From positions 253,497 to 317,496 of the forward strand of contig CAXXNW010000001.1 in assembly GCA_963663125.2 (NCBI GenBank): DNA of 64,000 nt, in the 5' to 3' direction. The DNA comes from Bacteroidales bacterium (lineage in GTDB: Bacteria > Bacteroidota > Bacteroidia > Bacteroidales > Cfx3-03). Below, piece after piece: positions 58,450-64,000 of the stretch; position 1 is the stretch's first letter; the number at the start of each line of letters is the position of its first letter. Position numbers and translations under genes: made by a program. The notes beneath the pieces are model-generated. The model was given only the letters and a program-made list of their open reading frames with translations, was not told where the DNA came from and searched no databases.

Positions 58450-60768
58450 ATGCGAACACACAATCTTGGCTACCCGCGTATTGGCAGTCAACGCGAATTA
58501 AAACGAGCCTGTGAAAATTTCTGGGAAGGCAAAATTGACAAAAAACAATTGTTCGAGGTCGGACAACAACAACGATTTAATAATTGGCAAATCCAGATGG
58601 ATGCCGGCATCGACCTTATCCCATGTAACGATTTTTCATTCTACGATCAGATTCTCGATCTCATTGTAATGTTTGAAGTTATTCCGGAGAGATTTAAGAC
58701 CCTTAATGAAAAACTTAACCCACTAGAATTATACTTTGCCTTAAGTAGAGGATATCAAAATGGCGAAATAGATGTTACAGCCATGGAAATGACAAAGTGG
58801 TTCGACACGAACTACCATTACATCGTTCCGGAATTTGAAGCTAATCAGACATTTAAATTACAATATGATGGCATTGTCAAGTCATATAAAGAAGCAAAGG
58901 AGTACGGAGTAAAAAATCCGAAACCAGTTATTGTAGGGCCACTAAGCTTTCTTAAACTTGGAAAATCAAAAGGCCAGCATTTTGAAATCAAAGCACTTAT
59001 AAGCAATTTATTGCCTGTATATATTGAGCTTATTGGCAAGTTATCAAACGAAGGAGTACAATACCTACAAATAGACGAACCTTTTCTGTGTACCTCGCTC
59101 TCAATCGAAGAGCAAAGCATGTACCGGTATGTATTAACCGAACTGTTCAATTCTTTTCCGGATGTACATTTTATTTTGGCTACCTATTTTGGTTCAATAA
59201 CCCATAATAAATATATCATAGCACAACTGCCCCAATGTACCTTACATGTCGATTTAGTACGGTGCCCCGAACAATTAGACGATATATTAACAATAATACC
59301 CGATAATGTAAACCTATCGTTGGGAATTGTAGATGGCCGTAATATTTGGAAAAACGATTTTGAAAAGTCGTTGAAAATAATTAATAAAGCTGTTGAGAAG
59401 CTAGGAGAGAAACGGTTAATGTTAGCCCCGTCATGTTCGTTATTACACGTACCATACGACCTTGACATGGAAACTAATGAAAAAGATTTGCCAGCTGTAA
59501 TAAAACGATGGATGGCATTTGCTAAACAGAAACTTATCGAAACGGTTACACTTTCAAGGCTCTCAAGCAAGAATCCTTTCGACTTTGCCAATGATTTATC
59601 CGTATTAATAAAGAATACTGAAGATATATCTACCCGTAACAACTCAGAACTAGTTCACGATGCATTGGTTCAACTGCGTTTAAAAGAGATAAGTGAAAAA
59701 GATCTGGAACGCGAAAAGCCATATTCTATCCGTCATGAACTGCAACAGCAACTTCTCAACCTCTCTCTTTTCCCTACTACCACCATTGGTTCGTTTCCGC
59801 AAACAACCAAAGTAAGAGGCTTACGGGCCAAATTAAAAAAAAGGCAAATAACACCTGTTGAATATGATCAACAAGTTGAAGACGCTATAAAAGATGCCAT
59901 CCGCTGGCAGGAAGAAATCGGTCTGGATGTATTAGTGCACGGGGAGTTTGAACGAAATGACATGGTAGAATATTTTGGAGAGCAGCTCAAAGGTTTTGCA
60001 TTTACCCAAAACGGATGGGTACAAAGTTATGGCTCACGCTGTGTTAAACCACCTGTTATTTATGGCGATGTATCGCGTCCGTTACCCATGACTGTAAAAT
60101 GGATTGTCTTTGCCCAATCACTTACCTCAAAACCAATGAAAGGAATGCTTACCGGTCCTGTCACTATTTTGCAATGGTCGTTTGTGCGTGATGACCAACC
60201 ACGTTCCGAAACAGCCATGCAGATTGCCTTAGCGATTCGCGACGAGGTTCTGGATCTGGAACGTGCCGGAATAAACATCATTCAAGTTGATGAACCGGCT
60301 ATACGTGAAGGGCTTCCGTTGCGTAAAACCGACTGGCAGGAATATCTTGACTGGGCTGTAAAGGCCTTTAAACTTTCGGTGGCAGGAGCTCAGCCCCGTA
60401 CACAAATCCATACGCACATGTGCTACTCTGAGTTTAATGATATTATTGAGGCCATTGCCGCTATGGATGCCGATGTCATTACCATCGAAACTTCACGTTC
60501 ACAAATGGAACTGCTTGATGCCTTTGCTCATTTCAAATATCCTAACGACATTGGACCCGGAGTGTACGACATTCATTCGCCCCGTGTTCCATCTATCGAT
60601 GAAATAGTTAACTTGCTTGAAAAGGCAACAAACGTAATCCCATACAAACAAATATGGGTGAATCCGGACTGTGGACTCAAAACACGTGGTTGGGATGAAA
60701 CCCGTAGAGCCATTGGTAATATGGTCGAAGCAGCAAATAAAATGCGGATTAAGTTTATCAATATATAA
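58450..60768 (+). CDS. metE: cobalamin-independent methionine synthase
   Basis: 772 aa with two Meth_synt domains. Zn ligand regions are 'HTHMCYSEF' and 'WVNPDCGLKTR'. Confidence 0.93.
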   Translation: MRTHNLGYPRIGSQRELKRACENFWEGKIDKKQLFEVGQQQRFNNWQIQMDAGIDLIPCNDFSFYDQILDLIVMFEVIPERFKTLNEKLNPLELYFALSRGYQNGEIDVTAMEMTKWFDTNYHYIVPEFEANQTFKLQYDGIVKSYKEAKEYGVKNPKPVIVGPLSFLKLGKSKGQHFEIKALISNLLPVYIELIGKLSNEGVQYLQIDEPFLCTSLSIEEQSMYRYVLTELFNSFPDVHFILATYFGSITHNKYIIAQLPQCTLHVDLVRCPEQLDDILTIIPDNVNLSLGIVDGRNIWKNDFEKSLKIINKAVEKLGEKRLMLAPSCSLLHVPYDLDMETNEKDLPAVIKRWMAFAKQKLIETVTLSRLSSKNPFDFANDLSVLIKNTEDISTRNNSELVHDALVQLRLKEISEKDLEREKPYSIRHELQQQLLNLSLFPTTTIGSFPQTTKVRGLRAKLKKRQITPVEYDQQVEDAIKDAIRWQEEIGLDVLVHGEFERNDMVEYFGEQLKGFAFTQNGWVQSYGSRCVKPPVIYGDVSRPLPMTVKWIVFAQSLTSKPMKGMLTGPVTILQWSFVRDDQPRSETAMQIALAIRDEVLDLERAGINIIQVDEPAIREGLPLRKTDWQEYLDWAVKAFKLSVAGAQPRTQIHTHMCYSEFNDIIEAIAAMDADVITIETSRSQMELLDAFAHFKYPNDIGPGVYDIHSPRVPSIDEIVNLLEKATNVIPYKQIWVNPDCGLKTRGWDETRRAIGNMVEAANKMRIKFINI

Positions 60769-60773
60769 TCAAT

Positions 60774-60883
60774 GAGCCCACTTCGAAAAGTCAGTTTTAC
60801 TAAATTATCATTTTATAACATATTGTTATTCAGTAATATTATTTAGCAAAAGCACTATACAAAAGGGTTCTCGGAGTGGACTC
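60774..60883. repeat. MITE-like element (110 bp) immediately after metE
   Basis: Terminal inverted repeats gagcccacttcgaaaag and ttctcggagtggactc. It is flanked by a 6-bp direct duplication atcaat (60768-73 and 60884-89). Confidence 0.65.
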
Positions 60884-60938
60884 ATCAATAAAATCTTCAG
60901 AAGCCAGAAAATTTTATTGATGATAAACGTTAGAAAAT

Positions 60939-62603
60939 ATGGAATTTATCAAAATCTTATTTACATCCTCTAATACGGCAACAACCGTTCTCTATATTAG
61001 TCTCACTGCTTTTCTAGGTGTGCTTATCGGTAAACTAGAAGTAAAAAAAGTAAGGCTAGGGATTGCGGGCGTTCTATTTGCCGGATTGTTTTTTGCTCAT
61101 TTCGGTGCACAACCCGACATGCAAGTTCTTGGCTTTGTAAGAGATTTCGGACTCATCCTGTTTGTTTATGCGATTGGACTTGATGTTGGACCTAGGTTTT
61201 TTTCATCATTTAAAAACGAAGGACTGATAATGAACCTATTGGCTGCCGGGATTATTTTTATCGGATATGTAATTTCGTATGCATTTTACAGGCTTGCGAC
61301 CATTCAGCCTGATGTTATCACTGGAATCATGTGTGGTGCGGTTTTTAATACGCCTAGTCTCGGAGCGGCACAACAAGTAATAGCCGAACATAGTGGTTCG
61401 GCGGCAACTCAAAGTATTAATACATTGGCTTTGGGTTTTGCCGTTTCTTATCCCTTCGGGGTAATTGGTGTGCTTATGGCAATGATTTTTATCCGGTTAA
61501 TTTTCCGAATTAAGATACAAAACGAAGTAGATAATTATAACCATCAGTTCGAGAATGGACAAAACAAATTAGAGAGTGTTACAATAGCGGTTACCAACCC
61601 TAATTTATTCGGGCGAAAAATAAGTTATATTAAAAAAGTTATCGATAAAGAATTGGTTATTTCCAGAATAGAACGTGATAAAATTTTCATTATTCCTACC
61701 GACAATGAAGAGCTAAGGATTGGTGATATTATCTATGGTGTGTCTGCAATTAATCATATTGAGAACCTTCAAATAACAGTAGGGAAAGTAGATATATCCT
61801 TAAAACGTGAAATTACAGGAGATCTGGCAATGGCACACGTGTTAGTCACTAATCGAAAAATTGCAGGAAAAACCATCGAGCAAATTGGCATTTATCGTCG
61901 TTACGAAGCCAACATTACTCGTATTTTTCGGGCGGGAATAGAGATATTGCCGGCACTAGGTACAACCGTAGAACGGGGAGATACCGTTCGAATTGTTGGG
62001 AAACGTGAGATATTGTCCGACATTCGCTCAGAACTTGGTAATTCTGTAAAGGAGTTGGCAATACCAAATACTATTCCTATATTTCTTGGTATTTTTCTTG
62101 GTATTATCCTTGGATCCATTCCTATTTTTATTCCCGGATTAGCATCACCGGCAAAATTAGGATTGGCGGGAGGCCCCTTGCTTGTAGCCATTTTGCTGGG
62201 ACACAAAGGACGTATAGGACACCTTGATTTTTACATGACTCCCGGCGCCAACATGATGCTTCGCGAAATCGGTATCATCCTATTTCTTGCTGCAGTTGGG
62301 CTAATGTCTGGTAGCTGCTTTGTGGAAACTATTGTTAACGGAGGATACAAATGGATGCTTTATGGTACAGTAATTACCTTTGTTCCTATAATGTTCGTAG
62401 CTATTATAGCCCGTCTACTAAAGATCAATTATTTTAAGATATGTGGACTTCTTGCAGGTTCGATGACTAATCCACCTGCTCTTGAATTTGCCAATTCCAT
62501 GGCCCCTATTCAAGCGCAATCAACTGTATATGCTACAGTTTACCCGCTTACTATGTTTTTACGGGTATTGCTTGCACAGGTATTAATATTAACAACACTT
62601 TAA
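60939..62603 (+). CDS. YidE/YbjL (AspT-type) duplicated-domain transporter with two internal RCK_C/TrkA-C domains
   Basis: 554 aa. Two membrane halves flank a soluble ~170-aa insert. Confidence 0.78.
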   Translation: MEFIKILFTSSNTATTVLYISLTAFLGVLIGKLEVKKVRLGIAGVLFAGLFFAHFGAQPDMQVLGFVRDFGLILFVYAIGLDVGPRFFSSFKNEGLIMNLLAAGIIFIGYVISYAFYRLATIQPDVITGIMCGAVFNTPSLGAAQQVIAEHSGSAATQSINTLALGFAVSYPFGVIGVLMAMIFIRLIFRIKIQNEVDNYNHQFENGQNKLESVTIAVTNPNLFGRKISYIKKVIDKELVISRIERDKIFIIPTDNEELRIGDIIYGVSAINHIENLQITVGKVDISLKREITGDLAMAHVLVTNRKIAGKTIEQIGIYRRYEANITRIFRAGIEILPALGTTVERGDTVRIVGKREILSDIRSELGNSVKELAIPNTIPIFLGIFLGIILGSIPIFIPGLASPAKLGLAGGPLLVAILLGHKGRIGHLDFYMTPGANMMLREIGIILFLAAVGLMSGSCFVETIVNGGYKWMLYGTVITFVPIMFVAIIARLLKINYFKICGLLAGSMTNPPALEFANSMAPIQAQSTVYATVYPLTMFLRVLLAQVLILTTL

Positions 62604-62605
62604 AT

Positions 62606-64000
62606 ATGAGAAAAGCGTACGAAAAATTCACCGAAAGACAGCAACTACTGAAAGATCAATATAATATCGAATATTTCGAAAAGCAACACAATCGTGGCAA
62701 GCTTACTGCCCGCGAGCGCATTTTAAAATTATTCGATGAGGATACGTTTGAAGAAATAGATGCCTTTGCCCGTCCATCCGATGTTACTTTTGGGAAATCG
62801 ACGCAAATGTATGGAGATGGAGTTATTGTAGGTTTCGGAACTGTCAATGGAAAACAGGTATATGCGTACTCGCAGGATTTTAATATATTAGGTGGGTCAT
62901 TAGGTGCTACACATGCTGCAAAAATAGTAAAAATACAAGATATGGCACTCAAAACCGGTTCCCCGATAGTAGGGCTAATCGATTCAGGCGGTGCACGTAT
63001 TCAGGAAGGCGTTGATAGTTTAATGGGATATGCAAATATTTTTCGTCGTAATGTGTTAGCTTCCGGTGTAATACCTCAGATCTCAGCTATAATGGGGCCT
63101 GCTGCCGGAGGGGCTGTTTATTCTCCTGCACTTACCGATTTTATTTTCATGACTGCTTCTACCAGCTATATGTTTGTTACCGGTCCAGATGTGGTAAAAC
63201 AAGTACTCAATGAATCGGTAACACCCGAAGAACTAGGTGGGGCATCCGTTCACGCTGTAAAATCAGGGGTGGCAGATCTTGTATTCAACGATGATGAGAA
63301 TGCTATTCTCGGCATAAAGATGCTACTTTCGTTTCTTCCATCAAATAATATCGAAAATCCTCCCTTTGTCGCAACCGATGATCCGGTAAACCGCATAGAA
63401 GAAACTTTACGCGATATCATTCCCAATGATCCGGACAAACCTTATGACGTACATGATGTAATTAAACTGGTTACCGATAAAGGTAATTTTTTTGAAATTG
63501 CCGAAGCGCATGCTTCTAATATCATTATCGGACTGGGACGTCTAGGTGGCAATGTAGTAGGAATAATTGCAAACCAGCCCAAAATAATGGCTGGAACGCT
63601 TGACATTAACTCGTCTATAAAAGCCGCACGATTCATTAACTTTTGTGACAGTTTCAATATTCCGATTATAACATTCGAAGATGTTCCAGGGTTCCTTCCG
63701 GGCATAGATCAGGAACACGCAGGCATCATCCGTAACGGAGCCAAATTACTTTATGCCTACACCCGTGCCACTGTGCCGAAAATTACTGTGATACTCCGTA
63801 AATCATATGGCGGAGCATACATTGTAATGAACAGTAAAGGAATTGGCGGCGATTTTAATTTTGCTTGGCCTACCGCTGAAATTGCTGTAATGGGACCTGA
63901 AGGTGCTATTGCGATTCTTTACCGTAAAGAGTTGGCAAAAGCTTCCGACCCCGTCGCTCTAAAAAAAGAACTCGTTCAAGAATACAGGAACATAATAGCT
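62606..64000 (+). CDS. acyl-CoA carboxyltransferase (methylmalonyl-CoA decarboxylase alpha / propionyl-CoA carboxylase beta type), 3'-truncated by window end
   Basis: ATG at 62606, open to 64000 (465 codons), so it is absent from the ORF track for lack of a stop codon. 'GKLTARERI', 'GGSLG', 'DSGGARIQEG' and 'VPGFLPG' are carboxyltransferase motifs. Confidence 0.85.
   Translation, partial: MRKAYEKFTERQQLLKDQYNIEYFEKQHNRGKLTARERILKLFDEDTFEEIDAFARPSDVTFGKSTQMYGDGVIVGFGTVNGKQVYAYSQDFNILGGSLGATHAAKIVKIQDMALKTGSPIVGLIDSGGARIQEGVDSLMGYANIFRRNVLASGVIPQISAIMGPAAGGAVYSPALTDFIFMTASTSYMFVTGPDVVKQVLNESVTPEELGGASVHAVKSGVADLVFNDDENAILGIKMLLSFLPSNNIENPPFVATDDPVNRIEETLRDIIPNDPDKPYDVHDVIKLVTDKGNFFEIAEAHASNIIIGLGRLGGNVVGIIANQPKIMAGTLDINSSIKAARFINFCDSFNIPIITFEDVPGFLPGIDQEHAGIIRNGAKLLYAYTRATVPKITVILRKSYGGAYIVMNSKGIGGDFNFAWPTAEIAVMGPEGAIAILYRKELAKASDPVALKKELVQEYRNIIA

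Overview
This 64-kb window looks like a chromosomal segment of a Bacteroidota-type genome. The evidence for that is an IS4/DUF4372-type transposase, CarboxypepD_reg-type secreted proteins, a DUF4783 protein, a TonB-dependent receptor and two cobalamin riboswitches. Most of it is core metabolism and housekeeping. That includes rdgB, an orphan leuA behind a Leu-rich leader/attenuator, a GT2/deacetylase pair, ubiB and a GH20 hexosaminidase. It also includes gnd, pdxB, a sugar-acid cluster (LarA-like, two PfkB kinases, an SDR, ExuT-like MFS, eda), an NfeD/stomatin pair, nadC, rlmH, ddl and rluD. The right end carries riboswitch-controlled nrdDG and metE, a YidE-like transporter, and the start of a methylmalonyl-CoA decarboxylase/carboxyltransferase gene that runs off the window. 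Between about 14.99 and 27.9 kb lies a visibly AT-rich accessory block. It holds an intact IS4-family element with a 9-bp target duplication, a tightly coupled two-gene cassette of unknown function, and a roughly 1-kb segmental duplication of a secreted CarboxypepD_reg-domain gene with mosaic divergence. The most interesting feature there is a four-gene, translationally coupled operon: dcm, then a 997-aa protein combining a MORC/MutL-type GHKL module with a histidine-kinase module, then a 516-aa receiver-like protein with an unassigned C-terminal domain, then vsr. No recognisable restriction nuclease is present. I read this operon as a candidate uncharacterised methylation-linked, two-component-gated defence system. 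Other non-genic structure includes a roughly 110-bp MITE-like element family with 6-bp target duplications (two intact copies, one inside nrdD-nrdG and one after metE, plus degenerate copies). There is also a 1.2-kb ORF-free tract containing three separate phased repeat arrays, and several candidate operator palindromes and direct repeats. No rRNA, tRNA or CRISPR array was seen.
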